This document shows positions 26,345-39,365 of a DNA stretch of 64,000 nt, piece by piece. The notes beneath the pieces were generated by a model. The model saw only the letters and a program-made list of their open reading frames with translations, searched no databases and was not told the DNA's origin. The DNA is from Isurus oxyrinchus (lineage: Eukaryota), in NCBI GenBank assembly GCA_026770705.1, contig JANJGN010000009.1, positions 163,308,001-163,372,000 of the forward strand, read 5' to 3'. Every line of letters starts with the position of its first letter. Within the stretch, counting starts at the first letter, position 1. The position numbers and the translations under genes are program-made.

Positions 26345-26668
26345 AACCAGTGTCTGTTCCTGTGTTTAGATTTTCATCACCAGCAAATGTCTCATGTTCT
26401 GGGGGTTCAGTGTCTGTCTCCTGTCAGTCTGTCCAGGGATCCCTTCCCATTCAATACACATGGTATGAAAAGATCCTGTCTGAAGATTCAAAGATCTCTG
26501 ACACCAATAAACTGGATCTACATTGTCAATCCTTCAAACAGCAACATCATCAATATTACTGCACAGCCTCAAATAATCAGGGAGAAAAACCCAGTAAAAT
26601 GATTAATGTGTTGGTGATCAATGTAAAAGAAAGGACCTGCAGTTATATGATCCAAATCAGCAGCATTG
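26345..26668 (+). CDS. Receptor gene 1 exon 3, Ig C2/I-type domain
   Basis: EPVSVP...VSCQSVQGSLPIQYTWY...YYCTASN; acag acceptor and GTAAGT donor, phase 1/1. Confidence 0.88.
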
Positions 26669-26899
26669 GTAAGTGGTACTTTATACAAACAATGTGGTTA
26701 ATGATTTTTTAAATTCATGTCTATCCAAACTGGACACAACCTAAGTTGCCTCAGTCACTCTGATCAATTGCAACTGGTCAAATTCCCTCTGATTGGACCC
26801 TGAACAGTTATAAAAAAAGGCCATTCATTTGTATTTTTAATGGAAATTGGATGAAGTCATAAAATATCCCCAAAACATACATAAGTAGTGTAGATGTTG

Positions 26900-27100
26900 G
26901 GGAGACGATGGCATAGTGGTATTGTTGCTGGACTAGTAATTCAGAGACTCAGGGCAATGCTCTGGGGCCCAGGGTTGAAATCCCACCATGGCAGATGGTG
27001 GAATTTGAATTCAATAAAAATCTGGAATCAAGAGTCTAATGATAAACATGAAGGCATTGTTGATTGTTGTAAAAACCCTTCTGGTTCACCAATGACCCTT
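26900..27100 (+). mobile_element. tRNA-derived SINE, 5' part
   Basis: A-box TGGCATAGTGG and B-box-like GGGTTGAAATCCC; related minus-strand copies at 31575-31915 and 56610-56990. Confidence 0.65.
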
Positions 27101-27444
27101 TGGTTCTCACTGGAGGTGGCAGCCTCTCCTGCTTGCAACATAGGTCGTTATAATAAAATAGTTAGAAAATCCACTGCCAATCATTTCCTTTCACTAACGT
27201 CAGATCAAAAAATTGTCTGCTAGATACTGGAAACAACCATTGTCAATATTAGCAGATGATGGTTTAATGTACTCATATGGTTTTCAACTATTTAATTAAC
27301 AGAAAATTTCCTTTAACAGAGGATATCTATATGATATTAACCACTTGTGCACGTTTAATGTCAGCAGTAATTCCTCCGCTAATATTTCCCTGGGTGTTCA
27401 ATGCAGAGCTGAAATTCCTTGTCTGTCCAGGACCAGAAGACCAT

Positions 27445-28970
27445 AAGACCATAAGACATAGGAGCAGAAATTAGGCCATTCAGCCCATCGAGTCTGCTCC
27501 GCCATTCAGTCATGGCTGATAAGTTTCTCAACCCCATTCTCCCACCTTCTCCCTGTAACTTTTGATCCCCTTACCAATCAAGAACCTATCTATCTCGCTC
27601 TTAAATACACTCAGTGACCTGGCCTCCACAGCCTTCTGTGGCAATGAATTCCATAGATTCATCACTCTCTGGCTAAAGAAGTTTCTCCTCATGTCTGTTC
27701 TAAAAGGTCTTCCCTTTACTCTGAGGCTGTGCCCTCGGGTCCTAGTCTCTCCTACTAATGGAAACATCTTCCCCATGTCCACTCTATCCAGGCCTTTCAG
27801 TATTCTGTAAGTTTCAATCAGATTCCCCCCTCATCCTTCTAAACTTCATCGAATATAGACCCAGAGTCCTCAAACATTCCTCATATGTTAAATCTTTCAT
27901 TCCTGGGATCGTTCTCGTGAACCTCCTCTGGACCCTCTCCAGGGCCAGCACATCCTTCCTGAGATACGGGGCCCAAAATTGCTCACAATATTCTAAATGT
28001 GGTCTGATCAGAGCCTTATAAAGCCTCAGCAGCACATCCCTGCTTTTATATTCTAGTACTCTCGAAATAAATGCCAACATTGCATTTGCCTTCCTAACTA
28101 CCGACTCAACCTGCAAGTTAACCTTAAGAGAATCCTGGTCTAGGACTCCCAAGTCCCTTTGCACTCCAGATTCTTGAATTCTCTCCCCATTTAGAAAATA
28201 GTCTATGCCTCTATTCTTCCTACCAAAGTGCATGACCTCACACTTCCCCACGTTGTATTCCATCTGCCACTTCTTTGCCCATTCTCCTAACCTGTCCAAA
28301 TCCTTCTGCAGCCTCCCCGTCTCCTCAATACTACCTGTCCCTCCACCTATTTTTGTATCATCTGCAAACTTAGCCAGGATACCCTCAGTTTCTTCATCTA
28401 GATCATTAATGTATAAAGTGAAAAGTTGTGGTCCCAACACTGACCCCTGCGGAACTCCACTAGTCACTGGCCACCATCCTGAGAAGGACCCCCTTATCCC
28501 CACTCTCTGCCTCCTGCCAGACAGCCAATCTTCTATCCATGCTAGTACCTTGCCTCTAACACCATGGGCTCTTATCTTACTGAGCAGCCTCCTGTGCGGC
28601 ACCTTGTCAAAGGCCTTCTGGAAGTCCAAGTAGATAACATCCATTGGCTCTCCTTTGTCTAACCTACTCATTACCTCCTCAAAGAATTCTAACAGATTTG
28701 TCAGGCGTGACCTCCCCTTGATGAAACCATGCTGACTTTGCCCTATTTTACCATGCACTTCCAAGTATTCTGAAATCTCATCCTTAATAATGGACTCTAA
28801 AATCTTACCAACGACTGAGGTCAGGCTAATCGGCCTGTAATTTCCCATCTTTTGCCTCACTCCCTTCTTAAACAGGGGGGGGTTACATTAGAGATTTTCC
28901 AGTCCTCTGGGACCCTCCCTGACCCCATTGATTCCTGAAAGATCACCACTAATGCCTCCACTATCTCCAC
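27445..28970 (-). mobile_element. CR1 LINE, 5'-truncated, relatively young (348-aa RT ORF at 27814-28860)
   Basis: NYRPISLTS, YLDFQKAFDKV, GVPQGSVLGP and FADD motifs; tandem CCATAAGA tail. Confidence 0.93.
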
Positions 28971-29409
28971 AGTGTAGTGGTTGCTGTGCTCCTGGAATAC
29001 CTTGCCCAGTGGTGGCACAGACCAACTCTCTGGAGGGAACTTTCCTTTTAGTTTGAACAAGGCACAAATGGGGATGGCTGGGTTGCAGTCCTGCAACCTG
29101 AGCCCTTTAAATTCTTTAACAATAACTCTGTACCACCAGTGCCCAGGCGTGGGAAATGAACACAAATTATAAGTAAAACATAGACCACCGTCACTTCTCT
29201 CCTTGCTACCATACAGCCCAAATGGAAAAAAATCAGTAAAAACTAGGAAATAAGAGTACTGGTCCGAACAGTTTTTTTTCCTCCTGGGAGGGGTAAATTC
29301 ATCCAAATCCATTATCCCAAACAAGTCCTGAGGTTCCATTTGAGAAGAGTGCTCTGTTGTTTGACTGCACATGAGAATCAGAGTAACCTGAATATCCAGG
29401 TTATAATAG

Positions 29410-29485
29410 GAGCTGAATATACTTGTGAAGCTTTTGCAATAATATCACCAACAACATCTTCAGGATCTACATCTGTCAGTAAAAG
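29410..29485 (+). CDS. Receptor gene 1 exon 4, Ser/Thr-rich stalk (GAEYTCEAFAIISPTTSSGSTSVSK)
   Basis: Phase 1 to phase 2 exon that exactly bridges exon 3 and the TM exon. The acceptor is weak in pyrimidines. Confidence 0.65.
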
Positions 29486-29967
29486 GTACAATGCTCTCAT
29501 TGCTGATGTTTCCAATAGTACTTCTTTCAAATGAGAGTAAATAATTATCACTCTTGACATAAGGGTTTACAATAATTTCTCAGAATGGAAATAGTGGCTG
29601 GGTTTATATATTGGTACTATGTTAGCCTCTGAACAAAATTGCTATTTTTGTTAGTGGAAATTCAGACTAAGAAGTGAGCATTTTCTGTTTGCCACCCCTC
29701 AGATGGTGCAGTTTTCATTATTCATGTTCATTATGTCACCATTAACCCCACCTCCTGGAGTAGCACCTGTCACACTGCAGCAATGCCAGATTTCCTTCAC
29801 CCTGTGTGTTCTGGACTGTCAGTGACAGGAACATGGCATTCTCTGTCATCTCCCCCTTCTCAGTTGCCCAGTGTTATACATTGTTCTCAAAATGAGAGGG
29901 TTAAAGTTTATCTGCTTCCAGCTGGCTAAGAACTGTCTGTTAGAAGGTGCACAAGGGAACTGTGGGA

Positions 29968-30070
29968 TGATAAAAACAGAAAGTGCTGGAAAAACTCAGC
30001 AGGTCCGGCAGCATCTGTGGAGAGAGAAACAGGGTTAATGTTTCAAGTTGAATATGACTTCTTTGGAACA
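29968..30070 (-). mobile_element. Older Penelope-like terminal fragment
   Basis: Reverse complement of gatgctgccggacctgctgagtttttccag, with a decayed hammerhead. Confidence 0.55.
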
Positions 30071-30420
30071 GTGTGGGGTGATTCTATTCTAAGTTCCTTA
30101 CTCACTGAAGAGATACTTCATCATTGCTATGTTGCATCAGACAGTGGCACTTCCCTCAAATGGCCAGTCACTGCAAAAAATTTTCACTTACGATTTAGCT
30201 TAGCATTACAGTTATACGTTGTGGACATGCTTTAGAAATTTGCTTCATTCGATTTGTATCTAATAACCATGAAGTTTATAAGTAAAACGTTTGTTTTTCA
30301 GCTAAAGCCCCTTTACTCTGCTACTTGCATTGCTATAAAAGATAACAATGTAAAGACCAAATTAATGTTTCAAACATGAATTTCCTTTGAAAGATTTTAT
30401 ATTTCTTCTCTTTTGCTCAG

Positions 30421-30511
30421 TTCCATTGTCTGGGATGTGATACGCTGGGTGCTCATTACACTCCTGGTGATTTGTGCTGTTTCGGGCACATGGTATATGA
30501 GAAAATCAAAG
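30421..30511 (+). CDS. Receptor gene 1 exon 5, TM with Arg (SIVWDVIRWVLITLLVICAVSGTWYMRKSK)
   Basis: Polypyrimidine-CAG acceptor, hydrophobic helix, basic stop-transfer residues and GTGAGG donor; paralog at 55453. Confidence 0.85.
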
Positions 30512-31169
30512 GTGAGGATTTTGGACTTTATAAGATTCATGATGGGCACTTTGTAAGTTCTCAAACACATTGATCACAAATATTGTAAAGATAAACTTGA
30601 GCTGTTGTAAGTATCCACAGGATGAAAGAAAACTTTTTCCAGATTATATGTGTTGGATTTGGCGTGTTCCTGACGTTGTGTGGGAAAGATCGAGTGGATT
30701 GCTTGTCCTGGAGGGTTTCAGACTTCTTGATCCTTATTGTAGCTGCATCCATACAGGAGTGATCAGTCGTTTTAGTCTAGGATAACTTCCAATAATAAAT
30801 GAAAGTTTCACTTTATCACTAAAGATTTTTGTAACACAATGTAGAATGTCCAGATAATCTGTTGAGGCCAGAACACTGGGTGAACTCCTCTACTCTTCTT
30901 TCAATAATGTCAAGGTAGCTTTTCACACCTAAATAAACATATAGGACTCTTCAGATAGTGATTCATCTGACAATAGAGCACGATTTCTGTATGGTGTTGA
31001 AGTGTCAGCTGAGGTAATGTGTTGTAGTCTCTGGCCAAACAGATTCAATCCGGGTGACAGAAATCCATGTGGCAAGTGTTTTATTTCTAACTGATGCCCC
31101 TGGAGTAATTTATCATCTTCAGAACAAACGCAGTGACGCTATGGATTGGATAACCCGCCCATTCTAGAA

Positions 31170-31915
31170 TGTAAATTGTGGGAATGGGATGAGGAACTTA
31201 CATAAGAGCATTGACAGACTAAGTGAATGGACAAATCTATGGCAGACGGAGTTCAGTGTGAGGGAGTGTGAGTTCATCAACTTTGGATCTGAGAAAGACA
31301 AATCAGAATTATTTCTTGGTTGTGAGAGACGAGAAGATACGGAGGAATATTGAGGTTTGTGTGTCCACACATCATTAAACTCTAGTGTACAGGCAGAAAA
31401 AATAATCAAAAAGGCTAATGGAATGTCGGCCTTTATTTTCAGATGGGAATTCAAAAGTGAAGAAGTTGTCCTGAGCCTTGGTCAGAGTCCCTCTGGGATT
31501 TAGCTGTCAGCTTTGGGTATCGAACCACAGGAAAGATATATTGGCCTTGGAACGGGAGCAGTGTCTCTTATTCCTCATCATGGGATGTGGACATCATTTT
31601 CAAGGCCAGCTTTCGCTGCCCATCCCTCATCTCCGCAGCTGAGTGACTTGCTAGGCCATTTCCAAAGGCAGTTAGGAATCAAACTCATTGCTGTGGGCCT
31701 GCAGTCACATGTAGGTGAGACCACATAGGACAAGTGATTTCCTTCCCTAAAGGACATTAGTGAACCAGATGGGCTTTTATGACAGTTGATGATAGGTTTA
31801 TGGTCCCCATTAGACCAGTTTTCAATTCTAGATGCATTAATCAGTTGAATGTTATTAAGTAATTACATTTATATTCAGCGTGAGCCTCTAGATCACCAGT
31901 CCAATGACATGATCA
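31170..31915. mobile_element. Old CR1 fragment (+) with an inserted SINE (-)
   Basis: IDRLSEWTNLWQTEFSV remnant; SINE tail reversed from about 31575. Duplicated at 56200-56990. Confidence 0.6.
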
Positions 31916-33117
31916 CTATTCCTCTATCTCAGCCATATAAATGCACCAGAACGATCGTGGACTAAAGGTGTAAATTATGAGGAGAGGTTGCATAAATTGG
32001 CTTGTATTCCCTTGAACTTGGAGAATGAGGGGGAGCCGAATGAAATATTTAAAAATTTTAAGGGATTCAATATGAAAGGTACAGAGAAACTCCTTGCCCA
32101 TTGGGGAGATTGAGCACCAGGGGTTAAAATCTAAAAATGAGAGCTAAGGCGTTTAGGAATGAAATTAGGAAGCATTTTTTCACACGCATTGTGGTAAAAT
32201 GGAGTGCTAAGTACTTTTAAGAGAATTTAGTTAATCAACCATGTGACTATGTTGGCCAATCGCTACACAGCGTGGGCTACTAAGGTAACTGTAAGTCTAG
32301 AGCTGGAGGTGACTGAAGAAGCACACATGGTGTTAGTGCTCTGTTCTTAGTTCCAATAAACCATCAGTGTTTGTTCAGTTAATCGATCTCTCTCCCTGCC
32401 TATATTGTTTCAAGCACCAACTAATGTGTTAATATCAAGGGCACAGCTAGCGTTCACCAGACAAAGTGATAAGCAAAAACATAAAACTGGCGACAAGGAT
32501 AAACAGGATCCATTAACGACAATGAAAGAAGCTGCTGTAAGCCAGCTACATGACTTCACCACTACATTGAAAGCTGTTTGAAAACGCAGTCTCCTTAATC
32601 ATCGAGTGTGCTGTGGTTTTGGCATCTTGAACCATTCAATCCCGCTTCCAGTGACTGGACTCATTACGTTGGAACGTCTAACATTCTTCTTTACTATTAA
32701 CGACAGAGCAGGGGAGGGCAAGAAGAGGCTGATTCTTTTGCCCAAATGTGGGAACAAAACATATGGGCTGATCTGGAACCTCGTGACACCTAACACCCCC
32801 GACAGGAAGACTTTCGACGAGTTAGTGAACATTGTAAAAAAACACCTGAAGCCAAAGTCCTCAGTCAGGGTGGAGCGTTTTGAATTCATTTCGAGGAATA
32901 GGCTTCCAGGAGGGACAATCGCAGGCTATGAAGCTGCTTTAAAGGAGTTAACGGAATATTGCGAGTTTGGAACTTCAATTAATGACATGTTGAGAGATTA
33001 TTGATATGCAGAATGGGAGATGATGCTATTCAAAAGCGATTGCGATCTGAAACTAATCTAGACTTCAGTAAGGCATTAGAATTGGCGCCAGTCATGGAGA
33101 ACGCTGTTAGCAACTTG

Positions 33118-33739
33118 GGGAGCAGTTTACCCCCGTCGGTGGGGGGTTGAGGGGGGAAGTGTGGGAGTGTATGATGGTGGCCGGATTTCCAATCAGCGCC
33201 CCCAGTCAGGAGGGGGCTGGTGTGCTGCCGTTTTACATGAGCGGGCCAATTAAGGCCCACCCAGCGTGACATCCGCCAGGAAGCGCTATACACTCCCTCA
33301 GCTGGGAGTGTGTGAAAGAGCGCACAAGTCTTCCTGAGGCAAAGTGCTGCCTCAGGGAGGTCGGCTCCCATTCAAACGTTAGCAGAAAGGGAATAAAAAT
33401 ATTTCCTGACGCGTTCCCTCATGTGATGCTTTTATTTAAAAGCCTTCATGACACCCCATCCCGCCCGTGGATGAGGTTTCAAGCCTTTTCCGACACCGGC
33501 CTGGGCACCCGGCCTGTCCGCCAACCTTGGACGGGCAGGTCCACCAATCAAGTTGATTGGTTTTTTAATGGCCTTCATAGGCCGTTGACAGCTGGGCCGG
33601 CGGCTGTGTGCCCGCTGGAACTGCAATTCCAAATGACGTGGGGTGGCATCGGGACGCACGCTCCCGATGTATCCCCAAGTCATTCGACATGTCAGGGAGC
33701 GGCGCCCCTCCCCCACTCGCCGACCGGAAAAAACCTGCC
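33118..33739 (-). mobile_element. Harbinger-family MITE
   Basis: Contains gggccaattaaggccc and other segments shared with the 3265 MITE; interrupts gag. Confidence 0.7.
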
Positions 33740-33995
33740 CACGTTGGGGGCCATGAAAGGTACACAAAATGGTGCCGTCCATCTTGTGGGGCGGGAAGGA
33801 CTGGCAACAGAAAGTTCGAAAATGCCGGACTCTGCAAACGGGCGGAAAATGCCCACTCGGTACAGACCATTGAAGAACAACAGGACGACAGTGAAAACCC
33901 GCCACATTAGTGAGGGAAATGCATCCAGGCAGCCTTCAGGCGATCGACAGTTCAGAAATGTCCAATGTTTTTCCCTGACACTGCAATGATCACAA

Positions 33996-34370
33996 AGGGC
34001 AGAATTTTGCCCTTGGCGGGTGGGCGGACCCCACCAGCTCGGCGGCGGGTGGACAGCCAACCCCCGCCGCCGAAACGGGGCCCGCCGCCATTTTGAGTTG
34101 AGCGACCTGTCCGATGGGAAGCGCTATGAGCTTCCTGTGCGATGGGGTGGGGAGGGATTCCCCTACTGTCAAAGTGCGCTTTGAGGCAAAGTCCTCTCTC
34201 AGCGAGTTTACTGACAGGTAAGAAAAGTCAAAAAGTAGAGAAACATTAAAATTATTAACGTGTCCCCCTCCTGTGACAATGTCACACAAGATGGGACATG
34301 TTAATAAGAAACGCATAAATTTTATTAAATTTTTTAAAAAACGGACATGAAACCTCTTCCCGCCAGTTTA
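33996..34370 (-). mobile_element. Harbinger-family MITE (partial)
   Basis: TIR GGGCAGAATTTTGCCC and the internal palindrome shared with other copies. Confidence 0.75.
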
Positions 34371-35284
34371 CAACCTTCAATGGAATAACTCACATCAAAA
34401 CCTCGCCTCACCACCCCGCCTCTAACCACTCGGCTGAGCGGGTAACCCAAACTTTTAAGTCCAGGATGAAAAAGCTGGACGGGGCTTCCATCAGCAACCA
34501 GGTTGCCAAGGTCCCTGTTCACATACAACGCCACACACGACCACCAGTATTGCCCCTGCTGAATTACTAATGCAGAGACGTCTCTGCACCTGTTTAACTC
34601 TTATCAGGCTAAATTTAGGGGGGCAGGTAGGGGGAATAGAGAGAAGTCAAGGGGCCCAGAAGGGTAGACATGATGGTCATAACCATGAAAGAAAATTCAC
34701 AGTGGGAGACACAGTTCTCATGAAGAACTTTGGAGATGGGCCCAATTGTCTATGAGCTGTGACAGGACCTCTCTCCTATAATGTATAATTAGGCGGCATG
34801 TAGGTCATCTCCAAAGAAGAGAGACAGTTCCACAAGAAGGAGTGCCGTCATCATTTGCATTTGCACGCGGAAAGAATGTCACACAATTTGGAAGAACAAT
34901 TTGGGGCCTATTAGACCCGGGAGAGTCAAAGACACAAATGTGCCCACTTCCACCGAGGAGCCTGGTTGGCAGTTGACCCCTGAGGAGGGGGCTCTTGGAA
35001 AAACCAGCTGAGGCCATTGAACTACAACACTTGGTACATCTGAGGAAGCCTCCTGAGAGACTTGACTTGTAAATAGTTATTCAGGTAAATAATTGGGATA
35101 TTGTGAAGCTTGTCAATTGTACTTTCAAGTAAAGGGGGAGGGATGTGGTAAAATGCGGTGCTATGTACCTTTAAGAAGATGTAGTTAATTGACCATGTGA
35201 CTGTATCGAGCAATTGCTGCACAGCGTGGGCTACTTGGGTAACTGGGAAGTCTAGAGCTGGAGGTGACTGAAGAAGCATACATG

Positions 35285-35938
35285 GGCCAGACATTTTAGC
35301 TCAGCGGGCGGGCGCATGCCTGACCCAACTGAGCGTAAAATGATACGTGATGACGTTGGCCAAGTGTGCTGATGTCACTGTGCAGTCACGCGATGTGCCC
35401 GCCGACAATTAAAAAGCCTATTGAGGCCATTAAGTTATCAATTGTCATTTATTTTTCGCTACCTGTCCAAGCTAATGGTGGGCGAAAAAGCCAAGCGGCC
35501 TTTGCATTTTTTGGCAACCTCATCCATGGGCGGGGTGGGGTTCCCAAAAGCAAATACAAATGAAATAAAAACTTTATTTTTTAATTAAAAACAATGTCCC
35601 TGGGCATGTGACAGAGTCACATGACGGGGACGTGTTTTATTACATTTTTAATTATTAACTTTTTCAGTGTCTTCTTCATCTCCCCGAGGCAGCTCCGTGC
35701 CTCAGGGAGATTATCCCACGCTCTTTTGCGCGCCTGTGCCGAAGTTTGCGCTAAGCCTGCTCACACGCCTGCCCCCCACCCGCCACAGACAGCGCTCAGC
35801 GCTGCCGCTCGCGTGTCACGCTGGGCGGGCTTTAATTGGCCCGCCAGTGTGAAATCGCGGTGCGCTGCCAATCGTGGGCTGTGGCCGGCTTTCCTATTGA
35901 CCCCGCCAATCCCGCATGCCAAGGGCAAAATTGTGCCC
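35285..35938 (+). mobile_element. Harbinger-family MITE in the 3' LTR of element C
   Basis: GGCCAGACATTTT...AAAATTGTGCCC with 3-bp TSD ATG/ACG; the 5' LTR provides the empty site. Confidence 0.85.
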
Positions 35939-36835
35939 ACGGCATTAGTGCTCTGTTCTTAGTTCCAATAAACCGCCAGTGTTTGATCAGTTAATCGGGC
36001 TGTCTGCCTATATTGTTTCAAGCACCAACTAATGTGTTAATATCAAGGGCGCAGCTGGAGTTCACTGGACAAAGCGAACCTGATAATCAAAAACATTAAA
36101 CACACAGTAGGGGAAATCTGGAACTGATCCATCCCAAGGGCTGTGGATGCTGGGTCAATTCAAACTTTCACAGCTGACATCACAAGATATTGGGTAAGGA
36201 TATCGAAAATGTGGATTGGTGTCTGGAAAAGGGCATGAAGCTGCACATAAACCCAACCTTATCTAATTGCATGCTGCAACAGGCTCAAGGGGTTGATTGA
36301 ACTAATAATGCTATGTTCCTATGTAACCCACCAATTATAGAACCCTTTCATGTTTTAATCCAATTTTATCAAAGTGTCGATACAAGACAAGGAAGGGAGG
36401 AAATGGAAAAGGCAGAAAAAAACAGCCCCAGGGATGATTGTTTTTCAATATGAACATGAGGAAACTTAAAATTATGCAGACAGCTCTGAGAGGCTGAGAC
36501 ACAGACACAATGGTATCCTTGCTGGAAACAGCAGTTGGACTGTATAAAATATATTTAATAAAGTAGCCACAGCAATCTACTTCTGCCCATAACACCAGCT
36601 GCAGGGAAACATTACTTACCCATGAGAAAATGGTGTTACATCTATTCAAGAGGAGCACAACTGATAACATTTCCCAGCACACATGCAATGGGTGAGGAGT
36701 GTGATCTCAACACAGCTCCAGTTCATCACAAGCTTTGCCTCAATGTGTTGCGGTTGTCAGAGTTTTGTTCAGAACAGACATGTAAAATAATGCATCGTTC
36801 TCAGTCTCAATTAATCTGATGATTTTCTTTTCCAG

Positions 36836-36871
36836 ACTCTCAGTGAATCAGATCCTCACAGCTTGACCTAA
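36836..36871 (+). CDS. Receptor gene 1 exon 6, short cytoplasmic tail (TLSESDPHSLT*)
   Basis: Strong acceptor ttttcttttccag, phase 0; conserved at 57984-58019. Confidence 0.75.
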   Translation, partial: TLSESDPHSLT

Positions 36872-37273
36872 GAGGGAAAATGAAGATTCAGCCATTGCAT
36901 CGACATAGATGGAACTTTTCATCCTGACCAAATATTCATTATTTATCCAGCTTTGAACATTTCTTTTAACAATGCTACACAATAGAAAGGATTTTGCCAT
37001 TAAATGATTTTGACCATTAAATTAGCAGAGGAATCATAAAGCAAAACAATGGCTGCAAACTTCAAGTTGTATATTTAGATCTTGATAATAATTTATCTGT
37101 TTGCTGACTTAGTGTCTAGACAACTGGATTTCTTGTTTTAAGACAATCAGATTCTGCAAGAAAAAGGCAACTTGAATGAATCAATGGAAACCAGCGGCTC
37201 CAATAATATGTTCCTTGTTTACATGGGATGGAACCTTTATAACTGTGGAATGGGAGACCTAATGGTATAAAAA

Positions 37274-39365
37274 ATGAGCAGAGACAAGTCAAAAGAAAAA
37301 GCTATTATTCGGAAAAATGAGAAACAGACACTGACAAGGGGGGATAGAGAGAACAAATCTAACAGTAAATCAACAGATGAAACTGAAGGTTATAAAAAGC
37401 ATAAAAGGATAAATCTAAAAGCTCTGTATCTGAATGCATGTAGCATTCAAAACAAAACAGATGAACTGAGAGCGCACATAGAAATAAATAATTACAATTT
37501 GATAGCCATTACGGAGACTTGGCTGCAGGAGGACATGGATTGGGATGTGAATATTGAAGGGTACAGGGTACTTAGGAAGGACAGGAAGCGAGGAAAAGGT
37601 GTAGCGGTGGCTCTGATAGTGAATGATGGTATTAGTACAGTAGAGAGGGATGAACTAAGTTCAGGAGGCCAGGATGTGGAAACGGTTTGGACAGAATTGA
37701 GAAATGGTAAACGCAAGAAGTCAGTTGTGGGAGTTGTATACAGGCCCCCTCACAGTTACCACATGGAAGGGCTGAGCATTAAGGAAGAGATAATTAGATA
37801 TTGTCAGAAAGGCATGGTGATAACGATGGGAGATTTTAATTTACATATAGACTGGAAAAGCCAGATGAGCAAAGATAGCCTAGCTGAGGAGTAAATAGAA
37901 TGTTTTCAAGATAGTTTCTTAGGACAGCATGTTCTGGAGTCAACCAGAGTGACTGGATCTGGTATTGTGGATTGAGGTGGGAGTAATTAATGCTCTCATC
38001 GTGAAGATGCCCCTAGGTAGCAGTGACCATAATATGATTGAATTTTACATTCAGTTTGAGGGAGAGAGAAGTGGGTCTGTGACAAAGTTTTTAAACTTAA
38101 ATAAGGGCAATTGTGAGGGCATGAAAACTGAGCTGGCTAAAGTGAATTGGCAAAATAGGTTAAGGGATAGGTCAATTGAGATGCAGTGGCTCATATTTAA
38201 GGGGATATTTCAGAATGCACATTCCAACAAATAAAAAAAGTCCAAGTGACGGACACACCATCCATGGTTAACTTGAAAGGTTAAAGATAGTATCAAACTT
38301 AAAGAAAAAGCATATAATTCTGCAAAGACAGGTGGCAGGTCAGAAGATTGGACAGAATATAAGGAACAGAAAAGAATGACTAACAGAAAAGTGAGTGTTG
38401 GTCCTATAGAAGGTGAGCCTGGTGCATTGATAATGGAAAACAAGGAGAAGGCACAAGGTTGCCAAATTTGCTGACGACACAAAGATAGGTAGAATGTAAA
38501 CTGTGAAAAGGACATAAGGAGGCTACAAAAAGATATAGATAGGTTAAGTGAGTGAGAAAAGGTCTGGCAAATGGAATACAATGTGGGAAAATGTGAAATT
38601 GTCCATTTTGGCAGGAAGAATAAAAGAGAAGCATGTTATCTTAATGGTGAGAGATTGCAGAGCTCTGAGGTGCAGAGGGATCTGGGTGTCCTAGTGCATG
38701 AATCACAAAAGTTTATTCTGCAAGTACAGCAAGTAATTAGGAAATCTGATAGAATGCTATCATTTATTGTGACGGGAATTGAATACAAAGTAGGGAGGTT
38801 CTGCTTCAGATGTGCAGGGCAGTAGTGAGACCACATTTGGAGGACTCTGTACAGTATTGGTCACATTATTTAAGGAAGGATGTAAATGCTATGAAAGCAG
38901 TTCAGAGAAGGTTTACCAGGCTAATACCACGAATGGGTGGATTGTCTAATGAGGAAAGGATGGACAGGCTAGGCTTGTATCCACTGGAGTTTAAAAGAGT
39001 AAGAGGCAACTTGATTAAAACATATAAGTTCCTGAGGGGTCTTGACGGGGTGGTTATCTCTTGGGGAGAATCCAGAACTGGAGGTCACTGTTTAAAAATG
39101 AGGCAACCCCCATTTAAAACAGAGATTAGGTGAAATTTTTTAACTCAAAGGATCGTGTGCCTTTGGAACTCTCTTCCTGAAAAGGTGGTGGAAGCAGAGT
39201 CTTTGAATATTTTTAAGGCACAGGTGGATAGATACTTGGTAAGTAAGGGGGCGATATGATATTGAGGGTGGGTGGGATGCAGATTTTAGGCTACTATCAG
39301 GTTAATTAAATGGCGGAGCAGGCTCGAGGGGCTGAATGGCCAACTCCTGCTCCTTGTTCATATGT
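37274..39365 (+). mobile_element. CR1 LINE, internally deleted (APE endonuclease plus 3' end)
   Basis: YLNACSI, ITETWL, VYRPP, GDFN and SDH motifs; RT core missing; 3' tail near 39360. Confidence 0.88.

Larger units (their letters stand above)
32190..36102 (+). mobile_element. Internally deleted Gypsy LTR element C in gene 1 intron 5
   Basis: LTRs 32190-32486 and 35144-36102; PBS TGGCGAC; PPT AAAGGGGGAGGGA at 35131; gag remnant 32630-33110. The site is empty in gene 2 (about 57245). Confidence 0.85.

Noticed and set aside
33312-33989. 225-aa ORF
   Set aside because: Chance read-through of MITE and gag remnants.
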